From: the human T2T-CHM13v2.0 reference genome, Homo sapiens | NCBI RefSeq assembly: GCF_009914755.1 | Contig: NC_060936.1 | Length of the DNA stretch: 64,000 bases | Direction: 5' to 3' (one strand) | Shown: positions 14,555 through 29,195 of the stretch, piece by piece | How the letters are laid out: the number at the start of each line of letters is the position of its first letter | How positions within the stretch are numbered: the first letter of the stretch is position 1 | Made by a program: the position numbers and the translations under genes | Notes under the pieces: model-generated | Database searches by the model: none | The model's input: the letters and a program-made list of their open reading frames with translations, nothing else | What the model was told of the DNA's origin: nothing

Positions 14555-15192
14555 CACTGTCCAATAGAAATAGAATGTGACAGATGATTGGATTTTTAAA
14601 AAATGTGTTATATATACACCGTGGAATACTACTCAGCCATAAAAAGGAATGAAATTCTGTCATTTGAAGTGAAATGGATGGAACCGGAGGGTACTATGTT
14701 AAGTGAAATAAGCCAGGAACAGAAAGTTAAACATCACACATTCTCACTCATATGTGGAAGCTTAAAGTTGGCCTCAAAGAAGTAAAAGTACAACAGTGGA
14801 TATTAGAGGCTGGGAAGCGTAGGGGAAAGATGGAGATGGGGAGAGATTTGTTAAAGAATACAAAATTACAGCCAGATAGGAGGAATAATTTTTAGTGTTC
14901 TATAACACTACAAGGATGACTATAGTTAATAATGATACATAGTTTCAAATAGCTAAAAGGAGGATATTGAATGTTCCCAACATAAATGATAAATCTTTGA
15001 AATAATGAATATGCTAATGACTTTGAGCTGATCACTATATATGTATCAAATCAGCATTATATATCCCGTAAATATGTACAGTTATTCTGTGTCAATTAAA
15101 ATAAAAGAAATTGAATGTGAGTCAATTCTGACCAGCCAAATTTCAAGTGCTCAACAGCCACTTGTGGCCAGTGGCTACCATATTGGACAGTT
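14555..15192 (-). mobile_element. MER3 (hAT-Charlie) split by L1
   Basis: ctgtccaatagaaa at the left; tttcaagtgctcaacagccacttgtggccagtggctaccatattggacag at the right. Confidence 0.75.
14581..15105 (+). mobile_element. L1 (L1MA-like) 3' end, 5'-truncated
   Basis: ggaatactactcagccataaaaaggaatgaaat, L1 3'UTR and A-rich end; TSD agaaat(a/t)gaatgtga. Confidence 0.9.
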
Positions 15193-16119
15193 CAAGATTA
15201 AGAGACTTGCTTAAGATCATGCACCGAGAAAGTGACAGAGCCTGGGGGTGAACACCAATTTGTCTGATTTCAAAGCCACTTTCTATACCACACTAATGTC
15301 CACTGAATGGGTAGAGAAAATGCTGGATGAATCTGCATTGGGAGGGAATGGGAAGGTCAGTGATGTTCCCAGGTTACCCTTGAATTTGTCCTTTTAGCTA
15401 CATCCTCTTTGCCACAGTTTTTCTTTTGCCCCATTTCTTCAGTCTGGGCCACTGTGCTATCATTAGTCATAGCCTTTAGTGATTGAGTGCCTCTTGTGGA
15501 GCATGAAGACAAGTTGATATCCTGAGCATGAACACCATGCAGGTCTTGTCATGCCTGCTCCTGCCCCCGATGCTGATGGGAATCATTTGGGTTGACTAGC
15601 AGAGAGCACATAGGAAAACACAAATGAATACAAAGAGTTTGGAAATGACAAGACCCGGGAAGGACTGGGTGCCATTCAGCTAGGTTTCTATTCATGAGTC
15701 TAATGCAAGACTTCCCTTGGCTCATTCAGAAAAAATAGAGCAGCTTGGTTTTTGACTCTTGCTCAGAGTTTTAAAATAAATGTTGACACCATACTGTCCA
15801 GGGATCAGCATTTGAATCTGGCATTGACATTTCCTTCAGCAATTTCTTGGTTTGTACTGTCTACAGATGTATTGTGACCCATTGGATGGTATTTACTTTG
15901 GCTTATATTGGTTTTGACATCAGAAGCAGAGAGTTTGTGCATGACACAGCTGTCACTCTGGCTGGTGACATGGGGTCACCTTTGACTCAGACTTCTCTTG
16001 GATCCTGCTCATCCCACCTGTCATAAAGCTCATCTTCTCCATTTTTGGAGTGATCTTTGGAACCTTTCTGATGCCATTACTTACATTTTCATCCAACATC
16101 TCATCCTTGCACTTGGGAT

Positions 16120-16610
16120 AAGTCTGCCTTTCTTACCTTGGTCTACAAGGCCTACATGATTTGTTTTTTCCCACCTCTCTGATTTCAACTGCTTGCCTTC
16201 TCCTCTTCACTGCCTTTGCTCCTGCCACGTGGCCCATCTGTTCCCTCTTCAAGGTCCTTTTGTTTATTGCGTCTTCTGCTTTGAATGCTCTCCCTCTGGA
16301 TCTTTGTATGGCTGGCTCCTTCTGAGCTTCTGGATCTTGACCCAAGCCAAACTTTCCTTCCCTGATCACTTTTTCTAGTGATGCCCCCTGCTCCTCACCA
16401 TCCCATTATCTAGGTTTATATTTTTCAAAATGCTTACTGCCACCTAAAATCATTGTGCCTATTTATTGACTTGTTTATTTGCCATTTATCTGTCTCTTGT
16501 TGGAACATAAGCTTCAGGAGAGCAAAGCCTATTCCCTTCTTGTTCTCCATTGTGCCTTGCACTGATGTTCAGCAGTTAGGATTTGCCCAATAAATATTTG
16601 CTGATTGAAG
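16120..16610 (+). mobile_element. L2 3' fragment
   Basis: L2 body motifs and caataaatatttgctga end. Confidence 0.75.
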
Positions 16611-17197
16611 GCCAGGAGCCTTGCAATGGCTTTCTAACTGGTATCTAATTCGCTCTGCACACTCTTACAGGAAAACTCCTCTTGAAGCTGAAAGTGTTTC
16701 ATCAGCCTGTCAATAAGATTTTGTCAGAAGCTCAGCCCTCTCAGCGCTGCCGCTGCCTGGTTCATACTCCCTGAGTGGCCCTCCTTTGCCTGCGGTGCTC
16801 TTCCATGGCTCTCTGTCATCTTCCTTCGCAACACCGCCCCAACTCTTATCTCCAACCTGACCCGTTATTGCTGGACATTGTTTTGAGAATTTGGTGGAAT
16901 TTGGTGGGAGGATGCAGGGAGTGTCTGAGTCTCACGTGGCCCAGCTGCTCCACCTCTTAGCTGAGGTTTTATGCACACGAGGGGCAGTGACAAATGGGAA
17001 AGCAGAGGTCTTCTTAGTGATTATCCGGCAAGTGCCCCACACCTGTACAGGTCTCTGGGGCAAGTGACTTAGTCTCAAGGCCCAAGTGGGACCTCTTATT
17101 TCTTCCAAGTGACACTCTTACCACTGGCTGGCCACCAAGCTGAGATTGTCATGCAGCAGCAGCAGCATAAGAAAGGACCAGATGAGGGCGGGGAAAA

Positions 17198-17291
17198 AGA
17201 GAGAGAGAGAGAGACAGAGAGAGAGAGAAAGGCAGAGAGAGAGAGAGAGACAGACAGAGAGAGACAAAGACACACGCACGCGCGCGCGCGC

Positions 17292-17348
<57 letters not shown>

Positions 17349-17349
17349 T
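17198..17349. repeat. Compound (GA)n-(CG)n/(CA)n-(GA)n microsatellite
   Basis: Seen directly. Confidence 0.97.
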
Positions 17350-17662
17350 TCTGTTTACTTGAAATGGCCTCTTCTTCCATGAAGCTCTCTTAGATAATTA
17401 CTTTAGATTTAAGACAAGCTACTTGATCTTTCTCATCATCAATTGCCTCATTGGTAAAACAGGAGATAATGCCAACCCATAGGGCTCTAGTTAAATGTGT
17501 GAGTGACGATTAAGTGAGGAAAAGTCTCTAAAATACCTGGCACCATTGTGAAAATCTGAAGTCACTTCATCTATGCTGTTCCCTTCTGCTGTCTGAGTTC
17601 TCATCCCTTCTAGCAGTTTGCTGTAAGTTTTATATACAACATTTAGGGAAGGAAATCTATAC

Positions 17663-17853
17663 AGAGTTTTCAGATAAAATACAGGAATCCTAGTTACATT
17701 TGAATTTCAGATAAGCAAGGAATAATTTTTAGCATAAGTATGTCCCAAATATTGTATGGGATATTCTTACATACACAATTATTCATTGTTTACTTGAAAT
17801 TCAAATTTAACTGGGCTTTCTGTGTTTTTGTTTGCTAAATTTTGGCAACCCTA
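17663..17853. mobile_element. MER53 (hAT) palindromic MITE
   Basis: tttgaatttcag / tgaaattcaaatttaactggg arms; terminus tggcaacccta. Confidence 0.75.
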
Positions 17854-18489
17854 ATCCATAGACAAGGATCAGAGATGTATAGACTTAAGATAACTGGTAT
17901 TGCTTCTGGTGTATATCCTAACCAAAATTCACAGGATGGGATGGCTCACCAAACACGCTTTCATTTTGGAACTTCATTTGGAAAGGTTAACAGTTTTGAA
18001 GGAGGAAAAAAAGAAATTTGTTTATTCCAGAGTAAGCACATTTAAAAAAATCTTTTTTAAAAGATTGAGGGTATTGCCTATCTAAAATAATATAGGCCAG
18101 TTTCAGAGGTTGATCAATAAAGGAGGAAGTGCTATAGCTCACTGGGAAATCGATTTTGAGTGAAAGGAACAAATGGATCTTAAGCCAAGTCTGATTCCTA
18201 CCTCTGGGTACCAGCCTGACTTTGTTGCTTGGCTGTGTCTTTGATATTTATGCTATCATTTTATTTCCACATAATCTTGGGAGGCAGGTAGGGGTATCCC
18301 CATTATATGGAGTCCTAGAGGTTAAGAGATTGGCCCAAAGATGGCCAGTGGTTGCCCACATTCATGGAAGATTTGCTATGCACAGGGAAAGTGCTAACAT
18401 ATTGCATCCAGGTAGTACTTCTCACGTGTTACATCTCTATCCCAGGAGACCTGGAGTAGTTTTTTTTGCTACTAGTTATCATTTATTAT

Positions 18490-19062
18490 TATTTTTATTT
18501 CAGTAGTTTTGAGGGTACAGGTGGTTTTTGGTTACATGGATAAGTTCTTTAGTGGTGATTTCTAAGATTTTGGCACACCTATCATCTGAGCAGTGTACAC
18601 TGTACCCAATATGTAGTCTTTTATCCCTCACCCCCTCCCAAACTTTTCCCCTGAGTCCCCAAAATTCATGATATTCTTATGACTTTGCATCCTCATAGCT
18701 TAGCTCCCACTTATAAGCAAGAGCATACTATATTTGGTTTTCCATTCCTGAGTTATTTCACTTAGAATAGTGGCCTCCAGCTCCATCCAAGTTGCAGCAC
18801 AAGACATTGTTTTGTTCCTTTTTATGGCTGAGTAATATTCCATGGTGTATATAGACCACATTTTCTTTATCCACTCGTTGGTTGATGGACACTTAGATTG
18901 GTTCCATATCTTTGCAATTGCAAATTGTGCTGCTGTAAATGTGTGTGTATGTGTGTTTTCCACATAATGACTTCTTTTCCTTTGGGTAGATACTCAGTAG
19001 TGAGATTGCTGGATAGAATGATAGATCTGCTTTTAGTTCTTTAAGAAATCTCTATACTGTTT
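18490..19062 (-). mobile_element. L1PB-like 3' end
   Basis: gtacaggtggtttttggttacatggataagttctttagtggtgatttc; antisense ORF2 C-terminal-like WMELEATILSE; flanked by cccaggagacctg duplication. Confidence 0.9.
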
Positions 19063-20229
19063 CCCAGGAGACCTGAACTATTATCATTCCTTTTAACAGA
19101 TGTACAAGTGGAGGCTCAGGGAGGCCATACATAAGTAAGAATTATGGTGAAGGTGGGACCTCTGGTGGGCCTGACTCTGAAGCTCAGACTCTTCATTGCT
19201 AGGTTGTGTGCCTTCTCATCCCAACTCTTCTGACTCCAAGAACAGTTTTCCTTTTGATGTGAATACAGAGAAGAGAGCCAACTCAGAATGAAGGGCTCAG
19301 ATAGGACTCCAGGAGAAGAGGAGAATTCCCCCATCAAAAAGATGTGCAGCTCTAGATAACTCAGGTTATTTTTCATTTTAAATGGTGAGGTAATTCTTTC
19401 CTTCAAAACAAAATCTGTTCTCTTTTTGGTCTCCATCATATCTCTCTCCTACTCTACCTCTTTCAGTATCCAAATAATTTGCCTAGGAGATTGGTAGGAC
19501 TGGATCAGAAGGCTTCAGCATTTTATGTCATATGCTTTGGTCTTGTTTTCTTTTTTCTTTCTTTTTTTTTTACAGTAAACATGCTTATTCTTTATAATAT
19601 TAATAGTAACAATGATACTATTTAAGATTTTTAAAAAGCATACATGAGGGCACCTAAGAAAAATCTACAAGTAATATCATACTTAATAACTGACTACTGA
19701 AAGCTTTTCCTCTAATATGGGAGCAAGCAAGATTATTCCCCTTTGCCACTTCTGGTCAGGATTTGAGGTCCTACCCATGGCAATAAGGCAAAGAAAAAGG
19801 CATACAGTTCAGAAAGGAAGAAATAAAACTGTATTTTCAGGCAACATGATCATGTATGTAGAAATTCCTAAGGAATCTATTAGAAAAATGACTAGAACTC
19901 ATAAGAGAATTTAGCAAGGTTGCAGGATACAATGGCAATATAAAAAATTTAATTTTACTACTATATACTAGGAATAAGTATTGCAAAATGAGATTTTAAA
20001 ACAACACTATTTATGATAGTACCAAGAACATGAAAAGCTTAGAAACAGACATAAAATGCTGTAAAGATCTTTACACTGAAAACTATAAACCATTGCTGAG
20101 AGAAATGAAGGAAAATCTAAATAAATGCAGAGATATTCCATACTATGGGTCGGAAGACTCAATATTGTTAAGATGTCTAGTCTTCCCAAATTGATTTACA
20201 GGCTTAATCTTCACTCAAAATCCAAACAG

Positions 20230-20567
<338 letters not shown>

Positions 20568-21021
20568 CTAAAAGTTATATGGAAGTGAGAAGGACCCAGA
20601 ATAGCCAAAATAGTTTTGAAAAAATAAGTTGGAGGATTCATACCACTTGATTTCAAGACTTATTAAAGAGCTACAGTAGTCAATATAAAATGTCATTGGC
20701 AAAAGGAGAGAAAAGTAGTTAAATGAAATAAGATAATTGAGAAATAGACCCGCACATATTTAGTCAATTTTTAACAAAGGTGCCAAGACAGTCCAATGAA
20801 GAAATAATAGTCTTTTCAACAAATTGTGCTAGGACAATTGGATATCCACGTGGAAATAAATGAACTTCAACCCATATATTACATCATATACAAACATTAG
20901 CTCAAAATGGATCAGAAACCTAAATGTAAAACCTAAAGCTCTACAACTACTAATAAAAAAAGGAGAAAAATCTTTGTGACCTTGAGTTAGACAAAGATTT
21001 CTTAGCTAAGACAAAAAAGCA

Positions 21022-21341
21022 TAAACCATAAAATAATGATAAATTTGACCTCATAAAAATGTAGAACTTCTATACTTTGAAAGACACTGTTAAGAAAATG
21101 ATGACAAGCCACAGACTTAAAGACTATATTTGTAAAACACATAGCTGATAAGTGACATATATTCCCACTGAGATGGCTTTTTAAACCATAAAATAATGAT
21201 AAATTTGACTTTATAAAAATGTAGAACTTCTATACTTTGAAAGACACTGTTAAGAAAATGATGACAAGCCACAGACTTAAAGACTATATTTGTAAAACAC
21301 ATAGCTGATAAGTGACATATATTCCCACTGAGATGGCTTTT
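21022..21341 (+). repeat. 160-bp tandem duplication (2 copies)
   Basis: 21022-21181 vs 21182-21341, two substitutions seen. Confidence 0.95.
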
Positions 21342-21449
21342 GAAAACAGATAATTAATATCCAATGCTGGTGAGGATATGAAGCCACTGGAACTCTCATA
21401 CGTTACTGTTGGGAATGGTGTAGCCACTGCAGAAAACGGTAGGATAGTT

Positions 21450-21867
21450 TTCCCCTCCTTCTCCTTCTCCTACTTCTCCTTCCCCTTTTCCTTCTCCTTC
21501 TCCTTCCCCTTCCCCTTCCCCTTCCCCTTCCGCTTCCCTTTCCCCTTCCTCCTCCCCCTCCTCCCCCCGCCCTTCTCCTCCTCCTCCTTCTTCCAGGGTC
21601 TTGCTCTGTTGCCCAGGATGCAGTGCTGTGATTATGGCTCACTTCAGCCTTGACCTCCTGGACTCAAGTGATCCTCCTACCTCAGCCTACCAGGTAGCTG
21701 GGACGACAGGCATGTGTCACCACACCTGGCTAATTTTTGTATTTTTTCTAGAGATGGGGTTTCACCATGTTGCCCAGGCTTGTGTCAAACTCCTAGGCTC
21801 CAGCAATCCTCCTGCCTTGGCCTCCCAAAGTGCTGGGCTTACAGGCAAGAGCCACTGTGCCCAGCCT
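21450..21867 (-). mobile_element. AluJ-like with expanded CT-rich tail (21450-21593)
   Basis: (CCCCTT)n/(CCT)n tract followed by antisense Alu. Confidence 0.9.
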
Positions 21868-22699
21868 GAATAGTTTCTTTTAAGGTAAAAAGTATAGTTA
21901 CTATATGACCCAGCAGTCACACAATTAAATTATTTATCTAAGACAAATGAAAACATATGACCAGATCTGTTTGGGAATGTCTAGAGAAGCTTTATTCATA
22001 ATTCCTTAAATCTGGAGACAACACAGATGTCTGTCAACAGGTGAATGGATACATAAATTCGGATATATTCATCCATGGGAATGCTACTGAGTAATAAAAA
22101 GAAATAAACCACTGATGCACGTGACCACATGGGCAAATCTCAAAAACATTATGTTGAGCAAAAGCAGCCAGACAGAAAAGGGTACAATTCCATTTATATG
22201 AAACTGTAGAAAAAGCAAAACCAACCTATAGTGACAGAAAGCAGACAAGTGGTTGCCTGGGGGTGGGTTTGATGAGAAAGAAACAGTAAAGAACTTGTGG
22301 GGATGATAGAAACACGTTCTCTTTCTTGATTTGGGTGGTGGTTTCACTTGTCAAAACTCATCAAACTGCACGCTTAAAATCTGTTCGTTTTATTGTATGC
22401 AAATTATACCTCGATAAGGTTGATATAAAAGTGAAAAATAAAAAGTCAAACATGCATGAAAGAAAGTCTACATACACTTCTAGGAGCTGGTGGGTTTTCT
22501 GGCTTTTTTCTTAAGAATGCCAGAAATTAATTTAACAATTATTTTTACTTTCATATCTTATCCATTTCATGATCTCTAATGCCTAGCAATATGCCTGGCA
22601 CAGAAGAAGAGTTCAATAAATGTTTGTTAAATAACTGTTAGCCATGCTGAGTTTTTTTTACATTTCCAAGGAGAACAAGCCACTGACTTAAAGGAATAA

Positions 22700-22991
<292 letters not shown>

Positions 22992-23199
22992 TAATGATTT
23001 TTAAGATATTATAGATTGGTGAGAGAGAAGAATTTTTGTCAGACCATCTTTACTAGCCATACAGCCACCCACTATATCTTCACTCCTAAGTCGGAAACTC
23101 CTCCTATTCTCATGTAAGCTTCTCAGAAATGGGGAAATCTATTTTTGCAACCTTCACTTCCACTTCCTTCAGCCTTCTCTCATCCACCTGTTGGTTTCT

Positions 23200-23800
23200 G
23201 CCCCTATCCCTCTATGGGAATTACACTCTCCGAGTCTGCACCTGGTCTGCTAATTGCCAAGTTTGTTGGACATTTTCCACATGCTCTTTTGCCAGACTTT
23301 ACTTTTGCATTTGACATGATTGATCACCCCTTTTCTCTACACTTACACCTTTGGATTTCATTTCAGCAGATTCTCTTGGCTTTCCTTGGCATTTCAAACC
23401 TCTGTCTCATCCTTCGCCTACCTCTTAAAAGTTGAGGTTCTCCAAAATACCATTCCAAAGATATCTCTGACATTGTCACTCTTTATACCTCTTTAGGCAA
23501 TCTTATCCATTCTCATGTCCCAACCACCTTCTCTGGGCTGATGATCCCTTCATCTCCATCCCCAGCACAGCCCTCTCTCCCATACCTCAGGATTTTATGT
23601 CTATCTGCCTGCTAGACTTCTTCCCTTCGGTGTCCCCAGACACCTCAAACTCAGCATGGCCCCACTCTGAACTCATGACCTTCCTCCCAGACCTACTCCT
23701 CCTTCTCCCTCCATCTTGTAGTCGATGACTTCATCATTCATTCAGTCTCTCAAGCTATGCACTGGGATACAAACTTTTCTTTATCTCTTTTAAAAATTGA
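23200..23800 (+). mobile_element. L2 internal fragment
   Basis: gcatttgacatgattgatcac, cacctcaaactcagcatg motifs. Confidence 0.7.
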
Positions 23801-25527
23801 TTCCCAAGTTTATTTCAACCATCAAAGCCACAGAGAGGGCAGGAGGAGATGGAGTCGAGAGTATAGGTAGAAAGGTGAGTTTTGAACAGAAAAAGAGGTC
23901 ACCTTACTCTTTAGATGTAAGGAAAAGGTGTAATGATAGATGGGGGTGTGAATCTGGTACAATGCGGGAAGTTGAAAAAGTTCAAGCCTGGTGGCTAAAA
24001 TTTCTCAGAGAGAAGATGTAATGCTTATTATCTTTTATCCACAGGACAACCATAGGAGAGAGGGAATAAGGTTTCTGGGGCCTCAGTGAGCAGAATCAGG
24101 GCTAAGGTAGCTATGAGAAGGTGGGTGGTAGTTTCACCTAAGGTCAGGTCTGAAGCTATCCTATGACAGAAGGCACTGCCTTGAGATTTAGTGAGTTCTG
24201 TGTCCCTGGAGGTATTTCAGCTGAGTGTGGGAGGATGTTTGCCAAAAATGGAGTGGGTTATTTCAATCTTATATTGGGGAGTGATAGAGATGGTAAGATG
24301 TTATGGTTTAGCTCAATGAGTTCTAATGTCTATTCCAATTCCAAGCACTGACTGGTCTGTGGTTCAAGGCCTTGAGACAAAGAGACAGTAATGAAACATA
24401 ACAAAGAAGAGATGTGGTTCGTCAGAAGCAAGGAAAACCAAGATGCAGGCACCAATCTTCACATTTTCTATGTTGACAGTGTCCAACCAGAAACTTACAG
24501 CAGGGCCCACATTCCTGAAATTATGATTTGAAATAATTTGAGCTATGAGTTCTTTAACTGCAAAATGTACTGTATGCTATTAATCAGAAGTAAGCTTTCC
24601 TTCCCCATCACCTCCATTTTTGCGATTAAGAGCAGAGCAGAAGGAGTTAGGGGATTCCACTTGGGATAAGTACTAGGTGGTTTTAGCAAGCACAGCCACC
24701 TCCTGAATACCAACTAAGCTGCCTGTATGTCTGGAAAAGTTTGGAGGACAAAAGTTGCCATCAGATGCAGATAAGCTGGCTCAGTTTCAGTGTTATTTTG
24801 TATTTGTTTCCCTTTCCACTTTATAGACATAAACTACATGAAGACTCTCTTAGGTTTTAAAATATTCCAGGAAACTAACATCATCGCCTCTTCCCACTCC
24901 CCACTTCTTTGCCCATACTTCCCCTTCTGGTCCTATGTCAAGGCTGAAGAAAATAGCCAGATGTTGAGACTTGCAACAAATTCTCTTTGAGTTAATTATG
25001 GTCAGAGCCCAGTATTAGGAGCTGGGATGAGAGATTTGCCCAGGAGATCAGGAGTTATTCACAAAGCACTTTTGCCTGGATGGTCTGGTTTGATTATCAC
25101 TAGGGAAACTGAGGCAGGTACAATGGCCTGCCTCATAGATGAAGACATTGATGCTCAGGGAGATTAAGTGGCTTGCCCAAGCCCACATGGGTGCTAGGGA
25201 ACAGGTCTCCAGCCTTCATGCTCTTTGCCCTGTGCTGTGCAGCCATAGACTAGAGTGAAGGAATGGCTGTAACTGAGGAGTAAAGAAGAGTGACTGAAGA
25301 GAAGAGGGAAGAGCTGGACCAAGGGTCTGGGCCCCACTTGTAGGAGCCTTTGCTAAACTCTCTGCAAGGAGCCCCCCAAAAATGTTCTGCTGGTCAAGTG
25401 AGACACATGCCATTAGTGGAGATTCGGAGTTCTTCTTAGCATATTAAAGGACCTGACACGTCAAACTGATAAAGAAACTGGTCAAATTTTTGTATTAGGT
25501 TAATTCAACAGTGATGGCTTAGCACGG

Positions 25528-25958
25528 TGTGGTGGATTGAAGATCACTGCCTTAATTCTACCCCCTTCCCTGTAACATTCCCTTTCCCATCTAGTTTTGA
25601 GGGACTTGTCCACTCTGATGCTAGGCTGGGCCACATGACTTGCTCTAGCCAACAGAATGACTAGGAAGCAAGGATGTGCCAGTTCTGAGCCTGTATCTCA
25701 AGAGGATGAGGAAGCAGGGATGTGCCAGTTCTGAGACTGTTTTTCAAGAGGACTTGTGTGTTTCCACATGTTCTTTTGCACCTTTGCCATTGCCTTGAGG
25801 ACATGCTTGGGGTAGTTGTTGGTCCAAGAAAGATGAGAGACAGGTGGAGTTGAGTCCAACCTGGATCAACCAACTCCCAGTGGAGTCAGATGTGTGAATA
25901 ATAAACTTTTATTATTTGTGGGTTTGTTACACAGCATATTGTGGCTATAAATGATACA
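25528..25958 (+). mobile_element. MLT1 (G/H-like) MaLR LTR
   Basis: ccacatgacttgctctagccaacagaatg ... gtttgttacacagca...gataca. Confidence 0.75.
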
Positions 25959-26108
25959 GAGGATGAAATAATGAAAAGGTTTTATTTATTCTCCACCATT
26001 CTTCCAGCTGAGCATTGTAAAATAGACTTTCCCATCCTTAGTCAGATTCCCCAACTTTTAGGCTAATTTAAGTCATTAAAAGTCCATTCTAGTATAGAAC
26101 TGCAGTAC

Positions 26109-26582
26109 TGAAGCCATCCTCATGAAGTTAACAAAAATTTTGGACAGAAATATAGTCATAATTCAGCATTAATCAGGCTGCACTTTGACCCACTTCCTTG
26201 TAACAGAAAGTAACATAGCACTAGATAAGGCTTTTATTTAAGAATTGCTTAAGCAGATCCTGAATTCCAGTGGAAATGCTGACACAAATCAGCTTACAAA
26301 CCTCCACAGAGGAGCTGAATCAGCAATGGGAATACAGTTTCTTTATCTCCCTGTCTCACGACTTCACCCTGCATTCTTTAACCAATCCATGATCTCCACA
26401 TCTGCCCACCCCAAAACCTTTAAAAACCCTAGCCCCAAACTCCTTAGGGAGACAGATTTGAGGTTTCCTCCTGTGTCTTCATTCAGCCGCCCTACTATTA
26501 AACCTCATTCTCTGCTGCAACCTGGTTTCTTGGCATATTGACTTGCCATGTGCCTTGGGCAATGAACCTATTACAATTATAA
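26109..26582 (+). mobile_element. ERV1 solo LTR (LTR26/LTR8-like)
   Basis: tgaagccatcctcatgaagttaacaaaaattttggacagaaatatag start; TATA-like tttaaaa and attaaa signal near the 3' end. Confidence 0.7.
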
Positions 26583-26660
26583 CCTCAAATTGAATTTAAA
26601 TCTCATCTTCTTCTCCTCCCAGATCAGACTTGAGCTACAGCTTCAACTGTTTGGAGTTGA

Positions 26661-27072
<412 letters not shown>

Positions 27073-27599
27073 TGATGGAGAGACAGAGGGAAGGTGGCCC
27101 TTTGCTCAAAGGTTCAGTTGTGTGCTGATGGCCACAGCTGGTAGTGTGGTCTCTGAGTAGGTGGTGTGAGTGGTTTCCTTGAGGGTGGGGTTCCACTTCT
27201 CCCTGGACCCATATATCTAAGAAACTGGGAAAGCAATGCGGCTACCATCATCTCTTTCTTCCCAGAGATCCTACCCCAAGGTGCCTTCCAGTCCTGCTGA
27301 TGGGGGATGCTCACCTCCTGCGATCCTGGGCCAACAGGAAGAGACCCAGTGCACATCCTGTTATTATGCTTTGTTTTGACCAACATTTCAAAAATTTATT
27401 TGGCTAAGAATCTCTTTAATATTCTGACTTTGGGAGAGTACACTGCTAATGGATTCCTGGGGAGCTTGGGCATAGTGGAGATTTAATAACCTACTCATTA
27501 TATGCAGTAGATTGTTACACAAATTTTGCAATAATTATATCTTTTAAATGGGTCGTGCTAACAATCTGGAGATTAAGAACCATAAAAATGAGACTGGCT

Positions 27600-28042
27600 G
27601 AATTGAATGCAGTAGAGACCCAAAGTAATCGCGCTTTAAATTAGGTAGTTTGCTTCTGTCTCAAATAAAAGTTCAATCTGGTATGGAGGCTCTATGTGGT
27701 GAAACTATCTTTTCATTTCTGTTATCTTACCATGGGAGTTCTTCTTGATCTCAGGGTACAACATGGCTCACCACCATGTCCATATGCCAGCCAGTTAAAA
27801 GGGAGAAAAAGGAAAAGGTAGGGATCTGCTCCTTCTCTTTAAGGGCATGGCTCAGAGATTGCATGTGTCCTTTGTGCTAGCATCCTGTTGACTGGAATCA
27901 GTCACCTAGTCATACTTGGCTGCAAGGGAGTCTGGGAAATGTAGTCTTTATCCCAGATTGCCTTGTGTCCAGCTATAAATTCTATTTTTATGGAACAAAG
28001 AGGAGAAGATATTGGGAAACAGACAACTAGAAATTCTTGCCA
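27600..28042 (-). mobile_element. Old MLT1 LTR
   Basis: ggctgcaagggagtctgggaaatgtagtcttta motif. Confidence 0.6.
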
Positions 28043-28754
28043 CCTACTCAGAGTAACTCTACTCCTTAAAAGGTATTCTAAGGAAATTCAGAAGAAGGAA
28101 AAATAATTTGTGCAAGGAGGTTTATAGTTCAATGGTACAATAAACACTATTCTTAATAAAGTTTTGTTTGTGTCCACTGCAGTGATAATTATGAAGGTAA
28201 TTTAGACCCATGGAAAATTGTGTGGAAAAAAGTAGAATACAATTTCATGCACAAGGAAATTAAGATCCTTTAAAAATTAATTTTTTTAATCGAAATTTTT
28301 AAATTTTAAATGTTTTGGCATATTGACTTGTTTAATATGTTTAAATGTTTAAATTTTAAATGTTTTAAATTTAAACTTTTTTTAATTGAAATTGAGATTG
28401 GGTCTTACATCTCAGGCTTATATTTTGAGAGGTAATATTTCTTCCTTAACTGCTGTTTTAAAATCTAAGTGTATCAACAGCATGTTAAAATTTAAAGAGG
28501 TGACTGTGTCCATCCATTCATCCACCACTCCATTCATCCACCCATCTGTTTTCTAGTTCAATTATTCAATGGCTATGACTTGAGACTCTATTAGGTGCTG
28601 GGAATATGATGGATGTGGTTCCTGATTTCATGGAGCTTCTAGTTTGTTGGGAGAAACAGACCCAAACAAATAAATGTATGCATTTCCTGACAGTTGCATA
28701 GTGCTATGAAAGACAAGTATAGGATAAAATGACAAAAGATACCATGGAGACTAG

Positions 28755-29195
28755 AGCAGACACTTTTGGTGCCTCTCCCATATCCCCTTGGCACTAACCA
28801 TTTTATTATGTGCCGACAGCATGCAACTAATTGTAAAGAACTTTATCTTGATTGTCACATATGATTCAGGCAGAAGTTCTTTGGAGTCAATGTCCCCAGG
28901 AAAGGCCCTCAACCAATGACAGATGAGAATTAGAGTATAAATACCCCAGCTTCTCAACTCTTCAGGTGGGATAACTCTGAGACATGTTTTCTCCCTGCCC
29001 CAGAACTCCTCAGTGCAATGAAGCCCCAGTCGCCCACACAGAACAGGTTCAAGGATGCACTCTTCAATGTCTTCCTTCTATTCTCTTCTCCTTTTCTCTC
29101 CCTACTGATGCTTGCTGGGATCACTTTCCAAACAAACTGCTTGAACTTACATTTCATTCTCCTGCCCTGCTTCTGGAGAAACCCTGCCCCAAATC
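28755..29195 (+). mobile_element. LTR16-like ERVL LTR inserted in an L2
   Basis: tgggatcactttccaaacaaactgcttgaac...tgcttctggagaaaccc. Confidence 0.65.
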
